64,000 bases of DNA, taken from positions 22,382,001 to 22,446,000 of the forward strand of contig OZ287753.1 of NCBI GenBank assembly GCA_965649765.1, read 5' to 3'. Shown piece after piece: positions 49,262-61,439 of this stretch; the stretch's first letter is position 1, and every line of letters starts with the position of its first letter. The DNA is from Bispira polyomma. Lineage: Eukaryota. The translations under genes and the position numbers were made by a program. Below the pieces are notes generated by a model. It saw only the letters and a list, made by a program, of their open reading frames with translations, was not told the DNA's origin and made no database searches.

Positions 49262-52200
49262 ATGGTAATATTTTGAGCTTTTCTAAATATCAGCCTTCAT
49301 CACATTTTGAGTGTAGACTCAAAGCTTCATCACTGTAGCTTATGAATTAAAACTGTGTAAATTTATTATATATGCAATTTCTGGCCTATTATTCACTGAG
49401 TAGTATGATATAAGTCCCGTCATAACAGTTTTTCTCGGGACTACACAGGTGTTGAGGAAGAATTACATGTAACTCGCCCCCCACTGAAACTCGCCCCAAG
49501 TAATTTTTAGAGAGACTTTGAGTAAAAGTGTTAGTTGGTGTTTTGTTAACAAATGTAGACATATTCATGAATATTTAACCAAAACTATATCTGCTATATT
49601 AAGCGCTATAAAAATACGACTAGATTAGATTAGTTTTGCCAGAAATATCAGATTTTGAGGGTTTATCTACCATTAAATATCTGAAAATATGTGTTGTCAT
49701 CCATTATGTTTGTAGCACAATGTGGTTTTTGGCGTACCATGTTAACTTTGTATTTATGTATTCTATTTGTCAAGAACTTAGGCCATTTCTGCAACCACAT
49801 CGACTATATCTATTAAAAGTGTCGAATTTGTAAAAGTATAGCTAGATATTGTTTTTCTTTGTTACCCTAAAAACTCTTTTATAATTAGTTTTTCACATAA
49901 TTTTTCTTTAAAACTGTATAAAAAGATTTAATTTACAGGCAATTGTAAAATATTTTAGTGAATTTTTAGAATTCCTGAACATGCAAATATGCCCTAATCG
50001 GCTCTGAACCTCATTTTCAAATTGATTCAATTCAAGCAAATATTTGATCTTCGGTGAAGATCGTCGTAGCACTGGTAAATATCTCTTCGAAGTATTGATA
50101 TTTTAACACAAATATTCTGGTATTGAAAAAATGACACTGAATGGACCAGTTTTGATAACGTATTGAAAAGCAACCTCAAAAGATTTATTTACATTTAAAC
50201 AATGGGTGGACTTTAACTGTTCTTGCAAGGCAGTATGAATAAAATGAGCATTAACAATTTTGACAAGAATCAATTAGTTTCTCGTATGTATAAAATACAT
50301 ATGATGATATGTATGAAAACAAATAAAAGAAATATTGACTATTTCAAACGGGGTGGTCAGAAACTGGATATCTTAATTACTTAATTAAAATATTGTGACT
50401 GTGTTACTCACAAAATGGCACATACAAACTCATTATATTCGGATCTTTTTCTTTTTTCTATGAAACTTTTTTTGTTTTGTTTATTATTTAGTCATGATAT
50501 GTGCATTGAGCACAATACAATGCACAAAAACACACTCTTACAATACAAATAGGACAAAAAACAAGATGTTGATCTTGTCACTCTGATGTAAGTTTTGCAA
50601 TATTGATGTGTGTGTTTTCAGACAGACGCGGTAGCAACCATCAGAACTAGAAAGTTTATCACCAACCGACTTCTCTGCAGGCGGCAGATGGTAAGTGTAC
50701 CCAATAAATGCATAGGCATTGACCTTATAGCCTGAAAAAAAATAACCATACTTTGTATCATTGCTGTAGTGATTAGGGTGGGTTTGAATTTGAATTAGGA
50801 TATTTAACGTCCACTCTAGTACCTTTTAGTAGGTTATATTGATACGGGTAGTTGGAAACGCTGGAGGAAACACTGCATACAGTCGGTCAAGGTTCTGCAG
50901 AAAAACCAGCGGCCTACAGTAAGGAACTACCACCTTTCCCACATAGGCATCGACGGGATTCAAACTCGCGCCGCCCAGAGGTGAGAAACCAATGATTGTG
51001 AAGCGCAATGCTTGCTAACCACTAGGCCACCGTGGCCCCTGATTAGGGGTGGGATAGGTATAAAAGTTCACCTGAACACTCCCACATTTTAGCAAACTTT
51101 AGTATTCTTAAACACCACTGACAAAGCATTTTAGTAAACAGTTTGACAGCTTCTAGAAACAAAAGTGTTGAGAAAAAAGCTCGAAATATTGCATGCAAGA
51201 TGTAGAATGTAATCAATGTATATAATAAAATTAAAATGTTGATTTGAACATAAAAACTTAACAGTATATATATGGAAATTGTAGGGTAACCCAATGTCAA
51301 ATAGTTTTGGTTAGTAAACTTGCACCAATGAATACTGTGGCTATTATTGTACACCATCTTATTATCTCCATGGATCCACACTCGACTCTAGGGTGGTGTA
51401 AAACATTGACCCAATCACAGCAGTGCGATATTTGCATGCATGATTACTGTTCTTGTGTAATACAGTATTAGGTAGTACTTTATGTGGTGCCACGTTGATC
51501 ACTTGATATTACAGAATGCTTACCTGTATTGCTACTTGCTAGGTCGTTGATGTTTTGCACCCAGGCAGGGCAACAGTTCCAAAAACCGAAGTGCGCGAGA
51601 AACTGTCACGGATGTACAAAACTACTCCAGGTGAACTTTGCTTTGTGTTTATAGTAACATGATAGATTGGTGGGCAGTGTTTGGACTGATTAGCCAACTA
51701 TTTTGTATTTGCTCACAATAAGCTATTGTTTTAAGTGAAAATCTAACATACATTCCTTTATCATTATATACTTCCCTGAAGAATCGCTAATTTCTGACCT
51801 TAAACAAGGGCAAATCTGAGGTCGAGTAAAGATATGGTCAGGTAAAACATGGAAGGAAATATTTTCATAACATTTCAATGCTGTAGTGCGTGCAATAATT
51901 AACATTTCAATGCTGTAGTGCGTGCAATAATTAAACAAACATGACATTTCCCCATGCCTTTGGTGGACCGCGGTAGAGCTAAAAAAGAAGAAAATGAATC
52001 CTATTAAAAATCCCAGCATTTTATAATTAATAGATAAGGTTTACTCAAAGTGAATAGATAGATTAGGAATTTATTAGTGGGTAAATCATTTGGGCTAGTG
52101 AAGATCGATATCAAAAGTAAAAAAACTTCAATATCGGGACATAAAAAGAAAGTTGTGAAGAAACTAAAACGTATTTTCAAAACGAAAAACCTGTCCGAAT

Positions 52201-54722
52201 GAAACCGGAAGTGAGAACCACTAAATATGTTCCAGTAAGAAAAAGTAAAGATGGACTTAAAATGGTTATCATTCATAATTTAAAAGGTATTAACCATAAA
52301 ATATCAAAATGGATGTATAAATGTTGTCCCAAGGTCTATATCGTGTCATATGATATTGATGTATTTGTATTAAACATCTATATCGGCACGCAATAGCCAA
52401 AACAATAAATATTGGCGATATCGATAAACAATTTAGCCACTAGATTTTATGTTTGAAATATCGCCATAATTGAAATGGTTCCAGTCGTATAAGTCAAACC
52501 CCTGCTTTGATAGAGAGGTATTTCTCCTGTTACCTGGAGGTTTCAACATAATCCAGTTTGTAATATCTTTCATGTTGACAACTAAGGCATGTTGTTTTTC
52601 TATTCTTTCAGATGTATGCTTTGTCTTTGGCATGCGTACACAGTTTGGAGGTGGCAAGACCACAGGATTTGGACTGATCTATGACAGCTTAGACTTTGCC
52701 AAGAAATTTGAGCCAAAATACAGACTACAAAGGGTATAGTAACCTATTACAGTAGTACCTCTATTATCCAAACTTCTGTTATCGGGGTAATTAATATTAT
52801 GAACTCAATTTCATTCCCACAAATTCATATTTTCCTATTGTTTTAAGCTGAAATAAGAAGAATGCTTCCATTTTTGTATTCTTCATTATTGGTGCAAATT
52901 TTGCAAAAGGCACATCAGCTTTAAAGTTATACTGGCTAAATATATTACAACTTGTACAATTATCAAAGTCAGTAATGTATAAACAGTTAGTTTTTAGTTT
53001 ATTCGTTTATTTCTGTTACTATAACATTAATACACGTTTAACAATGACCATAAACAGAGAGTTGCCAGTTACTGTGGGCTTATTAGTGAAAATTTAGCAT
53101 GTAAGTTCAGAAAGTATTTCAAGAGATTGTAAAAACAAACGTAATGTTGATTCAGTACTATTTTGCCATATTTACAGTTTTAGCAGATTAACTAAAATAT
53201 ATAGTACAGCACTGGTTTAGTATAGTAATTCTATGTGTTTAAGGACATAATTTAGCACCAAATAGAGTCTCTAATATTTCATATTATACTATTCAAACGG
53301 ATGACATTTTCTACATTCCCATGCCAATGCTGATTTCACCTCAACTGCTAGTCAAGTTTTGTCAAATGAGGAGTCCTACTAAAGTTCTCCCAGGACTAGT
53401 AGACTACCAGTTATAGAGATTTCTGTTTGGCCAAGACAAACTCTGTTCAGCAGAAGTTTCATTTATGACCGACTTTTGATTTAAAGGTCAATACAGTTTT
53501 AAGTTGGAATGTGAAGTGTCCTAAAACTGTGGATTGGGAATTTTTCTAGCCAAACAAACTTTAAGATTGGATCACTTCTTCAAGGTCAAATGGTGGAGGA
53601 CAGGGGCCCTTCTGTCTTAAATAATATAAGTTTGAAATGAGAAAACAATTTTAAGGAAATCTTGGAGTGGAGTTTGTGCTGGAGTATGACCTTGGTCTTG
53701 TCCACCAAGGTCAAAGTATCTGTAAAGGCCCCTGTGACCCAGGAGATATTAGAGATCTTTGTGTCTATTTGAATTTAAATTGGGATATTTAACGTCCACT
53801 CTAGTACCTGTTTAGGTTATATTGGGACGGGTAGTTGGAAACGCTGGAGGAAACACTGCATACAGTCGGTCAAGGTTCTGCACTGAAACCAGCGGCCCAC
53901 AGTAAGGAACTACCACCTTTCCCACATAGGCATCGACGGGATTTGAACTCATGCCGCCCAGAGGTGAGAGACCAGTGATTGTGAAGCGCAATGCTTGCTA
54001 ACCACTAGGTCACCGCTACCCCCTCTAACGGGTGGTGTGTAGTGGTAAAGACAACTCTGCAGTCGTGGATTTGAATCATAGCTCTGGCATATATTTTGCA
54101 AAGTTGTTGGTAGTTTAGAGACTAGAAAAACTTAAACTACCCTGGTATGATTTTACTTCACCGGTGAACTGCCATCAGGATATGATACAAGATGCATTGA
54201 AAACACCATTAAACCCAAAGTAAACCTTGTATCTAATACTTGCAGCATGGTTTGTACAAGAAAGAGAAATTAGCCTCTAAGCAGAGGAAAGAGCGTAAGA
54301 ATAGGCGCAAGAAGGTGCGCGGTACCAAGAAAGCCAAGATTGCTGCAGGAAAGAAGGTATGTCCAACTATGTACATGTATTTGTAGGACTAGCCTGATAC
54401 AGTTTTCATGTTAATAGTATTCTGGTTACAATTATATTCCGGTATTCGTGAATTAAAGATATGTTGCCTATTTTTGTGATGCCTGACAATGAATTATGAA
54501 TTTTACTAATTTTCGAAGAATTTTTTTTTCACAATAAGTTGATGTTGAAAGAAAATTTTAAGAATTTGATTTTAATGGGCATGTATTGTACAGGATTTCT
54601 GAATCGGTAGCCTATATGTACTTCAATGTATAATTTGAATTTTTTGCAGTGCCATTAAAAAGTATTTAAAAAATTTAATAATTATTATTATGTATTTTTT
54701 TTTTTTTTTTTTTCAGAAATAA
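49262..54722 (+). CDS. RPS24: 40S ribosomal protein S24 (eS24), 132 aa, 6 coding exons
   Basis: Exons 49262-49264 (ATG), 50622-50690, 51543-51630, 52612-52733, 54246-54356 and 54717-54722 give [38 protein letters not shown]...[17 protein letters not shown]...[27 protein letters not shown]. Confidence 0.96.
50783..51039 (-). mobile_element. SINE family A copy (RPS24 intron 2)
   Basis: Reverse complement of the 25822 copy, flanked by a TGATTAGGG(G)TGGG duplication. Confidence 0.9.
52075..52442. mobile_element. hAT-like MITE (RPS24 intron 3)
   Basis: TIR TAGTGGGTAAAT...ATTTAGCCACTA, an 8-bp TSD GAATTTAT/GATTTTAT, and subterminal ATCGAT motifs. Confidence 0.75.
53768..54023 (-). mobile_element. 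SINE family A copy (RPS24 intron 4)
   Basis: Reverse complement of the 25822 copy. Confidence 0.9.
54030..54225 (+). mobile_element. Degenerate SINE family B copy
   Basis: GTGTAGTGGTAAAGAC...GATTTGAATC...GCATATA...AAAGTTG resembles the 32628 copy. Confidence 0.55.
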
Positions 54723-54887
54723 GGTAAACATGTGGGTATACCATTCTATTTATTGTGCACTGCTGTGACACTTTCTTTAATACTAAAATCATATCTTTTT
54801 GCTCAACTGAAATAGTTGTGTGTGTGTGTGTGTTGTTTTAACTACAATACTAATCCTTAAATCTTACTTTCATAATATAATACACAG

Positions 54888-55252
54888 TAGTGGGTAAATT
54901 CTTTATCGATATCGGCAATATTAGTGTTTAGGCTTTTGCGTTCTGATATCGATGTGTAATACCAACTCATCGATATCATTATTAACGCATATTTCACCTT
55001 GGGATAATATTATTGCAACAATTTTAATGATATTTTCTGGTTAATACCTTTTAAATTTTGAATGTTAACCATTTTAAGTCCATAACATATTTAGGGGTTC
55101 TCGCTTCCGGTTTCATTTGGGCAGGGGTTTTTTTTTTTTTAGATTCGTTCCAGTTTCTTCACAAATTTCTTACTATGTCCCGATATGGGCTGATATTGAT
55201 GTCATTTTACGTTCCATATCGATGTTCATCAACCCAAATGATTTGCCCACTA
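54888..55252. mobile_element. hAT-like MITE, inverted copy of the 52075 element
   Basis: TAGTGGGTAAAT...ATTTGCCCACTA. The internal sequence is the reverse complement of 52075-52442. Confidence 0.75.
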
Positions 55253-55387
55253 ATAAAGACACTGGACCTAGATCCGTCACATGGTTGGAAGAATGTGTCT
55301 GATAATTAGCTTACTGTACTAGTATAGATTACCTTTATCGTGGTGGTAGTGAATTCTAAGGGTGCATCAATATATTGAAAATTCAAG

Positions 55388-55418
<31 letters not shown>

Positions 55419-56034
55419 TATATAATCTTATATATATCCAACCATAGTGTTGCAGTACAATATATTGCAATATGAATGTGGAATAGCAATAAGTATTGGA
55501 TGCATCATTTACACAAAATCTTTATATATTGCTCATTTCTTGGTATTCTAGAAATAAAGTGCGAGTGCCAAGATATTTTTCATTAACAGAATCAAAAATA
55601 AAGTAATGCATGCAGTCTACATTGAATAAATTACATATTAGTATGATATTACTCAATCAATTAAATATTACTTAAATTTTCATCATGTTTACAGTTTCTT
55701 TTAAAATCACTGATTCTGATTTTGACCGAACTTTTGTGCATGGGCAGAATGCCGTTTGACTTTAAAATTTGCTTTAATTCTTTTTGTAAAAGCATTATGA
55801 TTCAATATATATATATTTCATTACATATTGTGAATATGGCTGGAATATCGCAATACGATTTTTGGGCACGTTACTCGCCCCTATTGATTTCCTGACTTTA
55901 CTCCACCTGTGAGTCTGTTAAGATGTTAAAAATGACACAAGAGCTTAGATTAGTTGAATTGGTCGTATTTAAAACACAGATTAATTTAAAATATTTCCCA
56001 CTGAACATGGGCTTAAAATCAATTTTTGCACCCC

Positions 56035-56350
56035 CTTGCTAAATCCACACAACTTTCCCCCTTGCTAAATCCACACAACTTTCTCCCTTGGTAAATCCAC
56101 ACCAATGTTCCCCCTTATCTAAATCCACACCCATGTCCCCCCTTATCTAAATCCACACCCATTTCCCCCCTTATCTAAATCCACACCTATTTTCTCCCTT
56201 GGTAAATCCACACCCAGGTTCTCCCATTTTCTCCCTTTGTAAATCCACACCCACTGTCTCCCTTTGTAAATCCACACCCACTTTCTCCCTTGCAAAATCC
56301 ACACCAACTTTCCCCTTTCTAATTCTACACCCACTTTTTCCCTTGCTAAA
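56035..56350. repeat. Minisatellite with ~27-29-bp unit (TAAATCCACACCCATTTTCCCCTTGC)
   Basis: About 11 imperfect tandem copies. Confidence 0.9.
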
Positions 56351-58047
56351 ACCATTTAAATCTTATTTTCATATTTCTCTACTTATTCAGTGTATACATT
56401 TGTATTATGTATAATATTTATTAATTTATTATAAGTTTTATGACTTAAAAAATTACCAAAAGAACAATGACCGTCTCCCTGCATAAGATTCAACATAGGT
56501 CAATGAATGTACTTTATTATTAATCACCCTGATAGTAATTAAATTACACATCAAGACAGTGGTAATTAATCAGTTTAATTGGATTATTCTTGATCAGATC
56601 ACCCAAGAGGGGGTTAAGTTTCTGGTGGAGGGCAGCAAGTTTTTTTTTGGCATTTTTACCCACTTAATTCCCCTATTTTTCGGGGTGCAAGCTTTGTTTA
56701 CTAAAATTGGACTCTCCTCAAAGATCAACGGTGGGAGCCAAAATTTGGCAGCGGGGTCAAAATTATTGTTTCAGGGATTTGTTTCATATTATTATTTGAA
56801 TAGTTTTTATTAAATAATCGATTTCATTAATGTGCTAACAAATTGATGTTTATGCTCCTTAATTGGTGGTTCCACTGCCAAGTTAGATCGGCAAAATGGG
56901 CCCGATTTCGTGATCAGGGTGAAAAAATCAATAAATTTAATATTTTGGGTGGGAAAATGAAAGTATGGGGCGACTTTCCTGATCAAACTGATTGCGTTTC
57001 CGTTGTGATGGGACACCGACTATGATCGGCCTTGAAGTCAGTACTGAAACTGCCCGGCCTCCCCGACTCAGGCTAGGAATAAACTTAATGGCGATAGGAT
57101 CTGACGTATCGACCGTATTGGCGATAGGATCTGACGGATCTATACACCCTTCTAATAATCAAGGTCGGGACTGCTATGGCGAAATAATTGACAAAATGGT
57201 TTTATATGCTTCCACACCGCCCCGTTTTCAGCCCCCGACCTATATGTTTAAACAGGCCAGTGTTAGGACAGGCCAGGAGTGAGATAAGACCTATCAGACG
57301 GAACGTAATGACAATCCGATCGAACTTATTCGGCGATACCGACTTTCCCGTTTTTTTGGGTCAGGACGGTCGGGGACCAAATCGGCATAATGGAACCACC
57401 ATTTTACACCCTCGGATGCTTAGACGTTCGTCAAATTGTCAATTCACTAGCTAAAATTCTCGAGACGTCTCGTCATTCGTGAGTGCAAACTAACATTTGT
57501 GGTCCCTAATAATACATTGACTTCAAATCATAGCATGGAAGCATTATGTGGTGGATTTTTACTTCATTTAGCTTTCTCTGCTTGCAGTGGTGAATTTTTC
57601 CATCTTAACTCTCAAAGCTTATTTCACCTCTTTGTTTTATAGATGTTAGAGATGCAAACCTATTGTTTTCTGAATTTTTAGTGAGATAACTAGAATGATA
57701 TACATGTGGTTATGATTGAGTATAACAAGTTTCCATTTTCAGCCCTTGGTCTGTGGTTATTGTCAGACAATTTAATTATGTAAATACAAAACTTTTGTAA
57801 CCATTTAGTAATATTCAAAACGAATTGTTGGTTTCAGAATAAATATAAAAAACTTGCATGAACATGTACGATGCTTTGAAGATTTGGAATCAAATTATAT
57901 ACTTTGGGGCGATTTGCTGATATGTCAAGCACAGTATTGTACTTCATTCTAGCAATTATTGTAATTACTCCACATATTAAAAGAACTACAAAATATCGTT
58001 TATGTTAAAACAATTTGATTTTGTTATAACTAATCAATAATCTGTTA

Positions 58048-58315
58048 TCGGACATGTTTGTAAGAAAGTCCAAACCAACTGCAGCTCTTTCAGACATGTT
58101 TGTAAGAAAGTCCAACCCAACTGCAGCTCTATCAGACATGTTTGTAAGGAAAGTCCAAACCAACTGCAGCTCTTTTAGACATGTTTGTAAGGAAAGTCAA
58201 AACTAACTGCAGATCTAACAGACATGTTTGTAAGGAAAGTCAAAACTAACTGCAGATCTAACAGACATGTTTGTAAGGAAAGTCAAAACTAACTGCAGCT
58301 CTGTCAGCCATGTTT
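58048..58315. repeat. Minisatellite with ~42-43-bp unit (GACATGTTTGTAAGGAAAGTCCAAACCAACTGCAGCTCT...)
   Basis: About 6 tandem copies. Confidence 0.93.
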
Positions 58316-58483
58316 GTTTAGTTAGAGCGGCAACAAGTATGTGACCGATATCCACCAAAGTAACAGAAAATGTATGTGCAAACTTAACATGAAATACTAA
58401 TTACTACTAAATGAGTAGCTACGCTGTGTAAACTTTACGCACCTCAAAGTTCTATGTTCCAGACCAGTTATATACCTATATAC

Positions 58484-58731
58484 CAGGGCTGGTATTCTCG
58501 AACGTATACTCAGCTTAAACTCATACTCAGCTCAAATCTGGATTCTCTATAACTCTGGATACAGCAAAGATAACCAAAATCTGACTTGATATTTGAATTC
58601 AGTGTTAAAAGCTCTATTAAAATGAATGGTCACAAGTCTAGGTTATTTCCATGTATAATGATTTCCACATGGTCTATATTTGAGTTGAGTATGAGTTTAA
58701 GCTGAGTTTACGTTGGAGAATACCAGCCCTG
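58484..58731. mobile_element. MITE with ~55-bp TIRs
   Basis: CAGGGCTGGTATTCTCGAACGTATACTCAGCTTAAACTCATACTCAGCTCAAAT and its reverse complement at the other end. Confidence 0.85.
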
Positions 58732-60119
58732 GGTATATATATTTTGAGATACTATTTATCATCTAGTTTTGACTTTTTAACCTTAACTCTAACTGTTTTA
58801 AAGTTTTGTGATATTTTGTTTGCAAAACTAGTTCTTCTTAGGGTTTGTAGTGTGCTGTTCAACTGCTAATCTTTTTCTAAAATATGATTAAAGTTACAGA
58901 TCTTTGATCAGTGGAAAATAGTAAACATTTCAGTGACATATTGGAGAATAATGGAATAGTTCTTTAATGACAATTCTGAAATTGGTTTCCTGAACATATA
59001 GAGCACTGCAACAAAACATGTGTGTCACTTTGCAATATGATATGTGAACAGTTGATAAATAATACCACTACCTCTGAACAAAACTAACTTGTGTTCTTTT
59101 TTTTACTCTTTTTAGTAAATGAAGGCATACAAAGAACTCCCAAACCAAGAAACTCGGCCTCCAGATGTTTACAACACGAACAATAGAGATTGCTACAGTT
59201 ATACTATGTTATTCCCACAGTGAGAAAGGGAAAAAAATAAAGAAAAAAATAGGGAGATTGTTGGAGTTTTCCTTTCCTTATGCCACACAGTTCTTTTATA
59301 AGCATCTGAGTGTGTTCAATGCTGGTAGTTTGTCGCATGTTATTTTTGGAAGTGGCAGCAACTTTCCTTAATGACTAATAAATAATAATTGACTTCATTA
59401 TACCCAACAGCGAGTTTGCTAGAACAGCTATCATTGTATAGTTGTTCGTCAATGTTTAGTCGGTTGTTCCTTGTTTGTTAGTTCTTTAATTAGATATTTT
59501 GCAAATCATTCAGGCAAATTGTACGACTAAAAGGAAAAAAATCATTGATGCATTCTATAAGGTCAAGTTAATGTGCACAAGTTGGGCATGGCATCTCTGT
59601 TATATACCATCTGAGGGGACATTTAGCAGTGTTGTATTTGGAATCGTTCAGAGTTTAATGTAAAGCAGCTTTTTAAGCTGATAGGCATACAAATTCCAGA
59701 GTTAAACTTAATTAATACTTTATTATGATTAAAATGTTGGAACTTAATGAACCATTCTGAATTAACCTACCTTAAATACATATCTTTTATTATTTAAAAA
59801 TCAAGTAGACATTTTATTTTTGAAAAACGTACAAAGGCAAATATCGGATAGTACACACTACTCCAAATAGTATAAATGTCACAAGGTCTCGATATGTTCA
59901 AACTTGCATCATAACTTTAAAAAAATACATCTTCAAACATTATTGCAAGTTAAACTAATAATGTCTAGTGTTTGTAGTCTAAACCATTCTGCACAATCTA
60001 TGTTTCAGATGTACTAAATATCATTGCCACTGGTACCGGGTAGTAACAAATGCCTTTTTGTGAAGGTTTCCTACTGTAGAATTTCAGAATACTGTTTCCA
60101 AAAACTCATTTTTAGCTAA

Positions 60120-61272
60120 GTCTCAGAAAATGAAGTCCTAAACATTATTAAGGAATCCCCCACTTCAACCTCAAAGGATGACCTCAAGAATTGCAGGCCA
60201 GTGTCTGGCCTTAGTTTCATTTCCAAGTTAGTCGAGAGAATTGTTGCCAAACAAATAACACCTCAACAACAATGATTTATAAAATCACTGGTAATCTGCA
60301 TATAAACAGGGTCATTCCACTAGAACAGCCCTTCTCCATTAAAAATGAGGTACATGTACATCCCTTTTAAAAAGTGAACCCATGGCATTAGTCGGCAGCG
60401 TTCGACACCATTGATCACGATACCCTACGCGACTACTTGTCATCCTGGTTTGGTTTTCATGGTACAGTTCTTGAATGGTTCACATCGTATCTGTTAAAAT
60501 AGGCTCCACTAACGGATTTGTTTAAACTTGAATTTGGTGTCTCACAAGGGTCAGTTTTAGGACCCATCCTATTTCCTTGTACACTACTACCCCACTCCGT
60601 CAAATTAGCGGCAAACATAATATTGAGTACCATTTTTATGCAGATGATACACAGCTGTATGCTGTTCTGGATGATTTAAAAAGCTGCCCCGGGGATGTTT
60701 ACAAATAGATGTTTGCAAATAAGCTTAAATTAAATCCTGACAAGACTGAGTTTATCCTATTTGGATCCAAGTTACAGTTGGATAGACTCCCAAGACTTTT
60801 TTCTAGTTAACATTCTTGGAAATATTTTTCATCCTGCAAGTGCTGTCAAAAATCTGGGTGTGTGGTTAGGCTGCGTTTTCATTTTACAAGGAAGTTCAGG
60901 AAGTATGCAAGTCTTGTTTCATCCAGATGAGAGATCTTGGAAGGTTAGGTGTCATTTGTCGAGTAGCACTGCTACAATAGTCGCAAATGCCTTGGTTGCA
61001 AGCGGTCTAGATTACTGTAATTCTCTGTGTAGAAGTCTATGAAAAGGGATCTCCGTACACTCCAATGTATCCAAAATTCACTAGCCAGAATAGTGACCAA
61101 CCACTCCCAAGTACTTCACTGGTTTAAATCTATATTCAAAACAGCTAGTCTAGTGTATAAATTTCTTCTCTCTGGTCTTTCACTTTATTTGAGCCCATAC
61201 CTTACACCTTGTACATGCAGTCACAACACTAGGAGTAATTCAGAAAAAGGATTCCTTACTGTAAGATTCTAA
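60120..61272 (+). mobile_element. Degenerate L2/CR1 LINE RT fragment
   Basis: RPVSGL.FISKLVER, AAFDTIDH, GVSQGSVLGP, YADDTQLY, KLKLNPDKTE and LDYCNSL appear in broken frames. Confidence 0.88.
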
Positions 61273-61439
61273 TGCCTCTCTACTAAAAATGAACATTTCT
61301 GCTATAATGGTAGGGCAAAAAGCTTGGCTACTTTGATTTTTTATCCTTCCATTTGGGGAGATTCCTTGCTGTAATTTTGATGACCGTATCGCGAAAGGAG
61401 ATAGAATGGCTGTCATAAGCAAAACTGACGTCAAATGGC

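Noticed and set aside
53296-53336. Possible intronic C/D snoRNA in RPS24 (GGATGA...CTGA)
   Set aside because: It is too short, has no proper C box, and shows no convincing rRNA complementarity by eye. An Infernal/snoscan search would be needed.
56560-57420. GC-richer block with ORFs 56992-57282 and 57188-57454
   Set aside because: It is probably a non-autonomous DNA element, but I could not define termini, a TSD or protein similarity.
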